Shown piece after piece: positions 11,544-24,339 of a stretch of DNA of 64,000 bases. Made by a program: the position numbers and the translations under genes. Each line of letters starts with the position of its first letter. Position 1 is the first letter of the stretch. The notes beneath the pieces are model-generated. The model did not search any database. It was given only the letters and a program-made list of their open reading frames with translations, and was not told where the DNA came from. Location: contig JAAPAO010000092.1 in NCBI GenBank assembly GCA_013115145.1, forward strand, positions 1 to 64,000, in the 5' to 3' direction. The DNA comes from Perkinsus chesapeaki ATCC PRA-425 (Eukaryota; Protista; Perkinsozoa).

Positions 11544-12145
11544 ATGGATTGTGGGGTGACACATCATCTCTGGGACAATCTCTACGAGGCACCCATTACA
11601 AATGAGGAACAGACGATTCTAATACGCTTTGAATTTGACCACGAGCTTCTCTCCAACGCAGCGGCAGCACTTTCGAATGCAGGTGTAATACGTATTCTAC
11701 GATATTTCTCATCAATCTGCTCTTTGTGGATGATATACTGACCATGGGTGCCTGGATCCGTACATATTATCTGGCTCCATACCAGAGGCAGCCTCGCGCT
11801 GATGGTTGCTAAATCTCCGACAGTAACCATGAATCTTATTTGGAATGCGAAGTGCTGTCGTCGGCATCGCCGGCAAACCCGAAATCCCCAGTTGACGAAC
11901 TTGACATGAGGTGGAATATGGATAAGATAGCAAAGGATACAATGAACGGACTAACGAGGGCTGATGTGATACAGAGGGTGACATCGTTTATGGATGGAGC
12001 GCGCGACAAGTTCATGCCACTATTCACGCTATACGTGATACCAATACAGTGGTGGTCCACCACTCCCGGCGGCAGGGTCTATCGGAAATTTAGGTTTCTC
12101 GGTATCCTGGTGGCCGAGCCGATCCAGATGGACCTGCTAAGCTAG
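11544..12145 (+). CDS. Possible orphan hypothetical gene or fragment
   Basis: Two protein-like ORFs (11544-11741, 11840-12145) with a GT..AG between them; no recognisable domain. Confidence 0.25.
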
Positions 12146-12576
12146 AAATGCTAGAAATAAGATCGACTGATTTTTGATTGTTGTATAGGATAAAAACCCG
12201 CCAGGGACGTAATTGATACCAGTAAGCAAGACTCTCACAGCCGTGCAACTACTGGGCTCGAACGAATGAATTACTCATACTGCGGGTCCAGCGCACTTGC
12301 TACTCAGTTGTTAACACACTACTGGGAACGTTTCTCGATAAACTAGCATAGTAGACGAGATTGAAGCCATCCTCCCATTTGGAACACGACCAGATGATTT
12401 TCTACAATGTCAAACGTGATACTCAGTCAACGATAGATATGGCGGTTTGCATAAGCTATGGGAACGGAGTAAGTTCACTTTACGAGGTTTAGAGCCAATC
12501 GCTATATGTTTCAGTCTGTAACTGCGAAGAGGTGAACCGAAAATCATTCGGGATATCCCTCATCATTCAGGTATAA

Positions 12577-12709
12577 CGAGCTCGCTCAGCCAGGTCGGCC
12601 TTAGCTCGCTGGTTATACTTATTGAGTAGCTGCAAAGATTTTCGAAGAGTCTCCTTGGCTTCCTTTGCCTCCGCGATCGCCTGAGATACCCTCCAAAACA
12701 CACTGAAGG
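12577..12709 (-). pseudogene. Duplicated internal exon fragment of the coiled-coil gene
   Basis: Closely matches 16267-16398 (FSVFWRV.QAIAEA.EAKETLR.SLQLLNKY). Confidence 0.8.
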
Positions 12710-13305
12710 TTCGACAATCATTTTAGAAAAAAATGCCACGGTCCCCAATGCCCGGCGGTCCTCAGCGACCGCCCCGGACAGATTTACTGCTTATGAAATA
12801 TGCTCTTAGATCGGACCACTTCATTGCGTCCCAGCGGTGTGTTCGATCACACGATGGGCTACGGGACTCAGTCAGAGGGAAGACTCGAGTTCTGTGAACT
12901 CTAATTTATTTTCCGTGAGCTAGGAAAGGAATGCTGCTCCTTTAGATTCGCCCAGGAACGTCAGGAGAATTTCTGTCTGAGGAGCAATTCCTAGCTTCGT
13001 ACTCTGATAGTAATACTCATGTAAACGTTACCGACCATGACTCGTAGCACTGTGGTTCTGCGATAACCGCGTATCGTGACACCCTGGCGGGTACTCTGCG
13101 AGAAATTCAGATTTTCGGAGTGCCAGGATCGATACCATACAATTTAGTTGTTGCTAGCGTCGTCCAGAGTTGGCTATAGTCGATGCATTAAAGTGTCTAT
13201 CCGTGTACGCACAGGCGCGGTGACCAGTTGAATTGATAACCCAACGCTGTCTCATGAGAGTGCCAATATAAAATGACAACTAGAAGAATAAATGATGTCT
13301 GATCA

Positions 13306-14427
13306 TTACTCCTGACCTTCCTTCTTACCATAAGGAGCTAATGTTACCGTTCTTCTACCATCCTCAGCCTCCGCAAACGAAGAAAAGTAGGTTGTGAAAA
13401 ATGGGCGGCCAAGTAGTATGCGGGGTAAGTTGTAGTGATGTAGTAGAAGAGCACACCAAGTGCCATCACATTGATGCGTATAGTGACTAGGCGGGATGTA
13501 TATAGTTCTATGAGCAGTGGGTTCACCGAGGGCAAATGCCAGCCTAGGAAAGTAGTCATATCCTCTCTTTCTGATGTACCATACACCATTTTTTACTTTA
13601 ACGTAACTGTCCTTGCCTGAATCTTTCTTGACAATTTCGGTGATCTTGTTCAATAGAAATTCGAAGTAGGGCTTAGGTAAAAAGATGGAGTATGCTCCTG
13701 TATCATGAATCGCCAAACCATCGGACACCTGTTGCATGAAAGGTTGGCCCTTGGAACTCACTAGGCCAAGTGATAGGAGTGCCGTATTGAAGAACCCGGA
13801 TGATTCCATCGGAAGCACTATTTTGGGAAAGGTGGTTGGACACTGCTCCTTCTTGAATGAGCCAAGTATAACCTTGCCAGTAAATGTTTTAGGACGACTA
13901 GGAGCACATATCGATACCGTTTTCTCGGATATAATCTTCTTCAGAAAAAGCTGCATCAGAATATTTTCATTGGATGCCGCATCACGGTATGCAAGCCCGA
14001 AGGAGTTCACAGGTTCCTGAGTCTCGCGTCCCGGCTCTGGAGACCATCCTATGATAAGCCGGAATTTCATCTCGAGCTTATGACCAGCGAATCCTATAAC
14101 TCCTTGATGTAAGACAGTTGTGATTGCACTGCCGTCATCGAAAATGACCATGAGCTTCTCCTCACCGTAGGGGTAGCACTCTTTAATGCAGGTATAACAC
14201 CTTTTAGGCGGACATCTACCATAGGTCTTCTCATACTAGTCTTTATATATAACATGAGTTCCGCTCAGACCTGAGTCCAAATATAAGTCTAATGGCTGAC
14301 CGTCGAAAGCAATTCCAGTCAATGTATTGGCTTTGAAAGACAATGATATCTGACTATATACCAGATACATCATACTGCTCATGCTTGCCAAGTGAATGAC
14401 AGTAACCATTAGACTGTAATGGAACAT
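13306..14427 (-). pseudogene. Full-length aspartyl protease with a single in-frame TAG (YKD*YEKTYG)
   Basis: ORFs 14236-14427 and 13306-14151 share one frame. The only interruption is TAG at 14236-14238, where paralogs have TGG (Trp). DSG and DTG motifs are present. Confidence 0.85.
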
Positions 14428-15126
14428 TATCAGGGATTTGAAAAGATACTACATTGAGTATTTACTTTATTCACGGACTTCTCAGCGACCCAGGTTTGGG
14501 ACGCCACGCGATGACTGTGCGATTCCCAGAACCATGCACTCAGAGGGAGCAGCGCCATCACTGTCTACGCACTCCAATCTGTCTGCCTGCTTTAGGCAGC
14601 CACTAAATCACGTCGTCACCGTTCCGAACTATATAGGATATATCCAACTGCACTTCCTGCAGTTCATTGCTCTATAGTGCATAATCGTAAGCTATCATGG
14701 CGTGATTATCAAGTGTCGCTCCCTCCATTCAATGGAGCCGGCGTGGAATGGAGTCCATATGTAAGGATGATTTATTGTAAAAGGCAGAGCTTCGGAAACA
14801 GAAGCTTCTGTTTAGTATTCCAAAAACACAAAGGGTCACTAAAAAAGACGAGGTACCAAAAACCAGATGGGGTGGCCAACAATCCGACCCGTATATACCT
14901 TCTATGAAAAATGCTCATTGGAACTAGGTTAACAAGTATGCCGAGTTGTGTGAGATCGTCGAGAAGGAGTTGGTTGAGCTCGAGTTCATGTAAGGAGTTC
15001 TTCCTGTGGATTATAGTAGCCCCGTGTTAGTGTAAACCTTGTCTTTCTGTCCTTGTTTCGTTTGTTCTACGGTGCTCAGGTACTATTGTAACGCAAAGCA
15101 ATACTGTAATACCAAATACCCATTGA

Positions 15127-18100
15127 TCATACCATTCCTCTGTATCTTAAATGCTCGCTAACTAACGGCATTCTAGGATGACTCGAACTGTAGGAATCAG
15201 CAAAGGATAAAGCTGACAGCACGTCATCGACTTCAGCGAGATTCACGCTCGTATCATTATTCGTGTTCTCAGCTTTGTCCACTACCGGTGCTGACTGTCG
15301 ACTACCAGGCCTTGGCAAAGGGGCTTCTGGAAGGCGGTCACCCATAGACTTGTTTAGCCTAAGGAATATATCTAGGGAGTCCTTCTCGGCCCTACCTAGC
15401 GCCGGCGAAAGCAGTTTCTCTTCGGGACTCATCGTTAATGTTGTCAAGGGTGATCGAGGCTTATGATATCGTTCAGGGGACTTTGGTGCATCCACAAGGT
15501 TAATCCGGGGACTAGAGCCTTCTGTCCTCTCGAATCGAGGGGGAGAACGAAGGCGGAAAACCCTTTTGCCGTCTTTGTGAGCTGTTATGCTTATAGAGGA
15601 GCGCATCACCGCGCTGTTCTCAAGTTCGTCGGCTCCCGGCTGTCTCGTGGCTTTATTCGTCTCCACCGGTGGAGTGGGACCGTTGGCCTTTGGTCGCCGC
15701 TCTTCCACGGAATTACTCACGAACTTCCGTAGGACCTACGCGAACAATGAGAAAGATAAGCTAGCTAGGGCAAACGCGCCTTGTCAGTCTCCCGATCTTC
15801 TCGGCTTTTCACCGCGACGGTCTCGCTGTCTCGACTAATCTGGAGGTAACGCCGCAACAGGGACCGCTGGTGTCTGAGACGATAAAGCCTAGTTACCCTC
15901 TCAGCTGCCTACACCCACTTGTTCAAGGGTCCATCTTTGCTCCCACCCGCCACCGGCGTTTTGCTGCAACACGCCTCCTCTGGCAGCACCTCATCATCTG
16001 ATGATGACACTCCTGGTGAGTTGCCAGTAAGGGTCTGAGGTGGTCGTATTTCGCTAAATCGCCTTCGTGTTGGCTGATGACCAGCCGATGCTTCGGAGGT
16101 CCGTCGGGTTAATGGGGATGTATCTCCAGTTGGAGCATGACTCGTAACCGCAGGCTCTATTGGGGGTTCAGGCTTCTCGGTATCCTGCTGACCAATCCGA
16201 TCTAGCTGGCTCTGGGACGTTCCTCTCGGGTTGCCACTCGCCCCCATCGCCACACAGGCCTTCAGTCGAGCTCGCTCAGCCAGGTCGGCTTTAGCTCGCT
16301 GGTGATACTTATTGAGTAGCTGCAAAGACCTTCGAAGAGTTTCCTTAGCTTTCTCTGCCTCTGCGATCGCCTGACATACCCTCCAAAACACACTGAAGCT
16401 CCAACAATCATTGCCTACCTTCTCCGCACTAGATTCTGCTTTGGCGCGCGCCTTCTCTTCAGCATCGGCCCTCCTCTTTTGCTGAGCGAGTGTGGCTACA
16501 AGTGTCGCCACTCTGTTCTTGTCGGACTCTCGTAGGTTTGTTAATTCACAGCCTGAAGGATTACGAACAGATGGACCACAGCAGCCTCACAGGCCATCAC
16601 CTCCTAACATCGCAGGATCTTCCGACTTCTGCCGCCTCGGATCCAATCGTCCAGTGTTTCTATGAGAATGACGTTGCGACAGTGGTCGCTTAAGCGACAT
16701 TACTATTATAGAGAGTGAACTACCGAATGATAGCGCAGAGATTGACCAACTCAAGAACTGTTGGGTTGCAGCAGAGCTACCAAGCATGTTTATCAAATTA
16801 ATGAGGAAAATGTTCATCATCATTCATCGCTCCATTCAGTTATCTAAATCATCTGACTCACAGGCCGCCATCTCGAGCGTTGTCATCCACAATATCAACA
16901 ACGCCAGCAAACTTCTCATGCAGCCCAAGAGCCCTGCTGAACCCAAACGCAGTAGCCGCCGAGTTGAAGAATGTCATCGCCGCTGCGGCATTGCGAGCTC
17001 TTGGCGAACCATGCTGGTCGAGATACTCGCCATCCTCCTAAGAACAATAGTGTCACCTCTCGTGAAAGTGACTAAACCTACATGTTGCTCCCCATCGAAG
17101 GAGTCCACCCCTAACCAGGTGCCAACAGCATCGACTAGCTCGTCTTCCTCGTCATCATCGTCATCATCATCCACGGCCTCCAGTCCTGGCCCTGTAGCTT
17201 CGCTATCACTCGGTGTTGAGATGTAAAAGTGATCACAATGCGACGATGATGTTGCCTCCTTAAGTGGAGGCGAGGGGCACGCGTCGAGGGCAGTCTCACT
17301 CGGACACTCCTCTATGGGGCCGTCGACGGGCGGTTCCATCTCTATATTGGCTAGAGCAGGGATGTTCTCCTCCGAGCAGTCCTCCTCCACTTCACCATCC
17401 TTCCCCTCAGGTGCTCTTGGTGCTTCGGTAATGTATGGCAGTGGCTTCGCCTAGGTAAGCGTTGCCACAGTCCACCAACTGGCCGCCGCCACCGAGCTCA
17501 CTTTTCTATTCTTCCCTCGCTTGCCTCTTTTACCTTTCTTCTTCTTCTTACTCCCAACGGCTCCGCCACCACCACGCTCACCCTCCATGGGGCCTCCTTG
17601 AGACAGCACCAAATTCTTCAAGCAATCAACCGACAGAACCAGCGCCTATCCACGCAATGCAAGCCCGGGAAAAGTGTCACCTACTTGCAGCCCATGAGGC
17701 GCTAAGGCTCTGACGAGACTCTTCTTATAGCCCTCCGTGAGAGCGCGCCTGGTGATAACAGTAGCATACACAGCTCCGCCATTGGAGCTGCCGTCTCGAC
17801 CTGAGCGACAGAGAATTATTGAAGCTCCCAGAAGGTGAACTATACCAGGCAGGGCAGAGGTGGTGACAGAGATGACTCCGGAGAGAACACCGAGCAATGC
17901 GTGTCGGCAGACTTCCTGGTAGGACTGGTCTGAAATGCTTCCGTAGATGAGTAGGATAAATAACTGAATGCTTACTGCTGTGGGGCTTCCCCATCAGCAA
18001 TAGGATCGCTGTGTGTACTTCATTCCTGTTTTGCCCTGCCTCATCCTTCCTGAAGGCCGCGGGGACTATAATGGGCTCCGATACGTTCGCCATTGACAAG

Positions 18101-19051
18101 ATGACTCTATGATACCTTCATTGAACATCTGGAACTCAACTACAGTCTATCAAGAAAAGTCGGCATCTAATTTAAGTATATAGCCTTGCACAAGCTCCTC
18201 CTCCATCTGCCTTCTAATCGGTCCTGGCTCGTTCCATTGCTCATCTCGTAGCCTCGGTACTGCTATCTCCCACAGCTTCGACTTACCCGTATATCTCGCC
18301 CGAAGCTCGATACCTTTCTCGAGCTCCTCAGAGCGTTGCCTGACGTAGACGGTAGATTTCGTGCACATACACGAGTCCCTTGCCCTCCCTGCTTCATTTT
18401 AAAACAAGGCAATCCCTCTTGAACTCAGATCCATCGATCTTCCCGTGAGGAACATACTTACGACGGCTGCTATAGGAGGGCATGACACTCTCTTTCAGAG
18501 ACTTCAATCAGAGTGCTGCCCCATGGCCGTGAGCCGGCATTTTCTCACCTGTTTATCTCCTCCCCCACCTCCTGCTCTATCCGCTGCAAAAGAGCCTTTT
18601 TAGCGACAACCTTCTCATCCGGCTGAGCCTTCTTCGCTCTTCTAATAACCAGATCCGCCTCACTCAGGGACCTCATCGGTAAAGGCTTGGTTATCCTGTT
18701 AAACATCGATGAGGCTCACTTGCCATCGATCCTACTCCACTTTGGCCATCGCCAGCTCCTCAGCTGGTAGCCGAACGCCCAAACTGCGCTCCCTCTCAAG
18801 ACGGCAGATTTCCTCCGTCACTTCCTTAATTCGCCTGTCAACAGCAACCAGCGATGGTGGCAGCTCCTTCTCCTCCTCTTCAGTGGAGGACGGCTTTGCC
18901 GGTGAGAGAGCCAGCAGTGGCGGAGGCTAACTCGAAGCAAGTTGTGCAACTGACCGAGGCAGCTGTCCCCCACCTGATCTCGAGGCTGCTCCATACCGTC
19001 TACTGAGTCCCTCACATCTGCAAAGGGCAGCTGTATACCGTCAGATGACAT
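15127..19051 (-). CDS. Large multi-exon coiled-coil / low-complexity hypothetical protein (possibly more than one gene)
   Basis: Start MSSDGIQLPFADV at 19051; E/K/R-rich exons, a poly-D/E tract near 17150, KKKKGKRGKRGKNRK and AEEKARAKAE...; stop at 15127. Exons link by short GT-AG introns. Confidence 0.55.
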
Positions 19052-19350
19052 TCAATAAAGCTTCCAACTGCGGCGCTAAATTCGAAGAAGGCAGGCTGGC
19101 GTCGGGAAAGTCGAGGAAATTTCACAGAAATTCGGGTCTTTTTTCAGCATGAAAGAATTCATTCCTGTTCAATCCTTTGTGTGGTTCCAGCGATCAGCTG
19201 AGAGCGCCCTACATACATATTACCGGCATTCGTATATCACCGAACAGCCAAGAATGACCCCATTAACAACACCGAAGCAGGTAACGCATTAGTAAAGTCA
19301 GTGAAACTCATTTGTTTGCTGAACAAAATGTTCCTTTAAATGTCTTCTTC

Positions 19351-22300
19351 TCAGAGAGTCCTCACAGAGTATCTACTCTCCAACTGCGGGGCGTACTTCT
19401 TGAATGCCTCTCCCCCTCGAGTGTAAGAGACCGCCTCGGGGACAGCATTCATAATGTCTGGCGCGGTCAGCCCTGAAAATATTAATGTAATGGCCACGAA
19501 ACTCATTTCCGAAAAAAAGCATCTCCGTGTCACTCTTGGTCTCTCTAACAGCAATTTCGCTTGTATGAAAGATTTCGAAAAAATACGGCAACACACTTGC
19601 CTCATTGGTGATGTCAAAGGTTGCAGTTCAGGATAATACGAGCTAGTTCGACACTCACGGCAAGAAGGGTCCGAGCGACTATCTCTAAATGCATCGAGAG
19701 AGGCATTCCCAGAACCAAGGCGAACAATGAGCAGCTATCATTGCTTACCATCCTCACCACCAAGCCTTATGGCTGCAATATCGCCTGCAACGCCATGAAC
19801 GAACACAGCAGCCGCCACGGCGTCGCCAAGGCTGCTAACATCATGGCCATATGCCGAGTACCTGGTGAATGGTAGGGTTCCGTAGCAATAGGCAACTATT
19901 AGGGTTACATTGCCGGTATGATGCCACTGAGGACATCACCGCTGCCTGCTGTGCCCATCCCACTATTGCCGGATAAATTCATACGGACACGACCTGAACA
20001 AGAGGTGAGATAGGAAACAGAGTTTCTTGTCGAGCGAGGTGATAACGGTTATGTTTCCAACGACAAGTTTTTAGAAGTGCTTTCATGGCCTTCAAGAGGA
20101 ATTAATTCCGTGCAGAAGTTAACAACCGCAGGTAGAGCAAGGAAGATACCAAGCATTACAGAAATGTGTTCATTAGAGACCAAAACGTCTTACTAACACG
20201 AAGGAGATACAAGAAGGGGAGTTCTGCAGCAAAATAGGTTCCTTGACCAACTGCAATGCTTCTGGAGAAATCTTTCCTGTCCGACTTCCCCACGACAGCG
20301 GTGGCTTCGCCGAATTAGCTCACCGATTACGGCACTCACCAGACGGCTCGCAAACCATCGACGTCGCTACTTTGACAACCACAACTGAATTGGTATCCTG
20401 GGCCAACTGACGACCAACCTAGCAATACTATAGCATAACCCCATACACTGGAGAGTATCTTACTTCCAGAAGGCTGTGCGATCCATCTGTGAGCTCCTTC
20501 ATGGTGATGCCTGTTAATCGGCTAAGCTCTGCAAGATGTGGAGTCAGGACTACTGGTGGCTGAAAGGAGAACTATCGGTGAATAGATGCCCATAACACAC
20601 GCAGCAGTATGCGCGGGACTAACATAGAGCATGCTAATGCTGCATAGGACTTCTGCACACCCACAGCGAGCCAGTCGCGATAAGAGGTAAAGAATTGTGG
20701 GATGCCCCTATATCCCATCCGCGTTAGCCATACGTTACTCCAGACCTACCAGTCCCTTTCTATGCCTTTCCTGCAGCAGCTGCGTTGCTGAGGTGAAGAT
20801 GTCTGTCGAATCAACTGGAGGGATCGATATAGCAGTAATACCATCACCATCAATAACCAAAGGCTTATCCAATGCTAACAACAACAACAAAAAAGTCACG
20901 CGCCACGAAAATACACCACAGGCTTACTGAGAACCAGTTGACGGACCAGCCGGGCGGTGTCTCCGTTGGTGGACATTCCCGGACCAAGAACGAGCATATC
21001 GGACATCTCCTGTGCGAGGCTGAATACGCGATTGTAATTCCCACTACAGATGCTACCTGAAAGAGTCATCACATTCACAATAGGGAGCTATATGTTACCG
21101 ATGTCAGTACTCTCCAGTTGATGAAAAACAACAGACGGAGCCTCTGCAGCAATCACTGGTATCTAAGGTCGAAGCAGGTGGACAGCTTCATTCACATGAG
21201 GCTGTCGAAACTGCCAGTAGCTGCCTTCGTGACATTCTCTATTTACTAAGGAACGTGCTTTCTACCCGACTGCTTCCTCTAATACTACAACTGGTCATTC
21301 CCCTAAACTGGGACTTGATCATGCAGCAAGCATATCGGAAAATGTCACCGAGCCACAGCCGAAGAGCTCCCCACTTTATTATTACCACTTCCTTCACAGT
21401 AGCAAGTCTGCTATACCCTCCACCAGCCTTGAGAAAGCTGTTACTGCTAAGCATAGGAGCTCCATAGTATCCCTCGGCACCAGACAGGAATAACGCCCTG
21501 AACACACGCATCTATCTTCATCATGCTCAACAGGCGTGTCTGGTAACTTCACACTGGAAACCTCGGTGAATAGAACAACGGTGAAGCTTAGTCGTTCTAC
21601 CAAGCCATCCACGGTGCCCTAGATGCCTCGATCAATAGCGGAAATAATAATTTACTCTGAGATAGCATTACAGTGCGACAGGCTAGTAGCCTGAGGCTAC
21701 TATACCTCGAACACCTTTAAGAAATCTGGACACGCTCCCGAGTTAGGTATGCTTTTACTGAATGAACACAATGGATTCAAGTCAGAACAAAGGACAAAAG
21801 AGAGACCATCTACTTCCCTCACCTTACTTGCCGAATGATCCTTTATGTCCTGCTGGATTCCTCTCCGGCAATGGCGGGAAGTAGTTAACATAGGTATCCA
21901 AATCGGCGTACCTGATTTAGACCATATCAGACCTCCTTGAATGACCATGAGCCTACAGCTCGGGAGGATAACCAATATGAGTAACAGTGAGGTCGCCGCA
22001 CATCTCTCGACCGGGGTACACAAGGTTGCCCACCTTCACCAGGCCAAACGTGGCCGTAGATGTAGCATGCACCTGAAAGCCTTCTATGACCGCGCGCCAC
22101 AAAACTCTTCTTACCGCCTGTGGGCCCATGATCCTGCCTGAATCACCATTGATTCCAGAAGGAATATCCAATGACATAACCTGAACTCGATAACACTTCC
22201 CTCGGCTCCAGATGAATCATACGAGAACGTCAACTGTTACCAGAAGACAATTGATGACACATTTGACGTCTTCTTTCGCTCAGGAACATACGTTCTAACA

Positions 22301-23551
22301 AGATTTCTCCTATATCGCCGACTCAAGCACAATTTTTGCCATCCGAGAAATACATACCCACAATGCCAGATGGATCCCTGCATCCTACACCACCTTACCG
22401 GCTTTCTTGCTCTGTTAATCGCGGCGATGGCAATCCCAAAGGGACTACTAGGGTCGACAGGACGCCCCAAGCCAGTGCCAAAGATACCATCAACCAGCAC
22501 CTCAGCCCAGTCAACAGCAGCGGTAATCGCCTCCTCTGTGGTGGCGATCTCCACTGGTATGCCCGGAATACAATCCACTATATTAAGATTGGTATTAGCA
22601 TCTCCATGGTATCTGGCATTGAGGAAATGCAAGATTGCAAGATTTAATTATCGACGCTGACCTTTACTATATATTTGACTATCGGTTGCTAGTACTTTGA
22701 AAGCCGACGAAAGACCGTTATACTAAGCTTGTCGAGAAAGGATATTTATCTCTATATACTTGCATTTAATAAATATCGAACTACAGATGGATAATTAAAC
22801 CATACAACTTACTATTATATAAAGTAATGAACCATTCAAGAGTTGACATTAGCTACAAGCTAGCCAGCAATGATAACGAGCCAACAGACCGTCCCTCCCC
22901 ACTTCTCTCTGCCATTCAGAAGGATCACTCGAGCTTGCCCACCATTGCTATGGACATACCGTGCCACCACGAAACCGTCGCCACCGTTATTGCCTAACAT
23001 GAAGCAAGAGATGAATTTGCTGGGCAAGGTCGAAGCTTCAGCGACGTACAGGTATCATTCTTGAGAAGACCCAACTCCACCAAAGCCATATGAGAGGATT
23101 ACCAATCAAGTGACAATTATAACACACTTTTTTCAAACTCTACCCACCTCACCTGGACCACACACCACCAGGACTTTGGTCTGCGGTGTAACCTGATGAT
23201 CAGGTAGGAGCTCCGTCAGACATCGATAACTGGTGATACCAGCGTTCTCCATCAGAAGCGCAGAAGGGATGCTGTACCTAACCAATAGCTGCACGGTTAA
23301 ACCATGGCCTTCAAATCAAGTTAATAAGTACAGTATTATACTACTAGGCCGTAGATTAGTGAAATAAGATAACCGGCTCCCACAAGAGTCCTACTTGTCC
23401 GTAGCGCCCTTATCACAGCGACGCATTTGTTCACAAGTGGAAACTTTCATCGGTGGGGCCGCCGCCGCTGATGCCATGGCTGCTCCTCCTTTCACTGCTG
23501 CTGTAGTTAATGCAGATATACTAGATGATACCATACTTGATACTGCTAATA
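19351..23551 (-). CDS. nnr: Bifunctional NAD(P)HX epimerase / ADP/ATP-dependent dehydratase (YjeF_N + YjeF_C), intron-rich, with N-terminal presequence
   Basis: [13 protein letters not shown]..., [16 protein letters not shown]|[45 protein letters not shown] (epimerase). Then [48 protein letters not shown] (dehydratase). Confidence 0.92.
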
Positions 23552-23599
23552 AACGATTCATTATAACTCATTGAAATGTAATATAACACTCGAATTGTC

Positions 23600-24090
23600 A
23601 ACGCCACAGCTAACAGGGTAATGCAGAAAGCGTTGGTCATCATATTATCATGGACGATTCACCTCAATATTTCTTGACTGCTAAGCATGCAGATGATAGC
23701 TCCTTGAGCCGTCCTATAAAGATACGCAATACTCTTACAAAGGTCAAGTTTGCTTCTCGACGCTCCCAACTCGCACGGCTCGACCGATCCTTTCCACCTA
23801 TCGGGCAGATCGAAGAGGGACGGCAGGAGGGAACAAACCTTCCCGAGGAGCTCACGCAATGTGTCAACGTCACCGCCCTCGAGACCTTCAAAACGTTCAA
23901 AGTCTCCTCCTTCCAACTGATCACGAACTGGTAATGGAGTTGAGTATCTGACACTAGTAGGAAGCGCCGGCTGGTCTCGACACAAAAAATGGGACAGCTC
24001 AGCACACAATACTCAGCCAATTTCCCAAGTACAATCCCCATAGGTAACGGTTGGAAACGCGAGATACAGGAAGGCCTCCTGCTGCTCAAG
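23600..24090 (-). pseudogene. Diverged, internally deleted copy of the 3' exons and 3' flank of the receptor-like gene
   Basis: 23777-24049 closely matches 27366-27637 (LPMGIVLGKLAE|YSTPLPVRDQLEGGDFERFEG...). 23620-23730 resembles 26635-26750. Confidence 0.75.
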
Positions 24091-24254
24091 CTGAATCGAG
24101 TCTTCCGTTAAAATGTCCGCAGCTACTATGAGATTACTATGCACTATTGTGCAGGAGTTTTCAATGAACGTGTAGGAACGAGGTGATGAACTACTAACAC
24201 TGTTTATCGTTCACTTTTTGCATAGTGCCAACATCAATAACTTATTCATCAAGA

Positions 24255-24339
24255 CCCTCAGTTGGCTCAGAGCTCATCTCCCGATCTGCATCCAATGCAT
24301 CCATGCCCTCAGTTGGCTCAGAGCTCATCTCCCGATCTG
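24255..24339 (+). repeat. Direct repeat, 34 bp x2
   Basis: CCCTCAGTTGGCTCAGAGCTCATCTCCCGATCTG at 24255-24288 and 24306-24339. Confidence 0.9.

Noticed and set aside
12826-12860. GTGTG-TTCGAT-CACAC hairpin resembling a T-arm
   Set aside because: 6-nt loop, no acceptor or D-arm, intergenic; not enough for a tRNA or SINE call.
17030-17130. SH3-like stretch WLGVDSFDGEQHVGLVTFTRGDTIVL
   Set aside because: Its second half lies in a likely 44-nt intron (GTAGGT...CTTAG); splicing gives GEQH|EDGEYLDQ and continues in frame, so the resemblance looks accidental.
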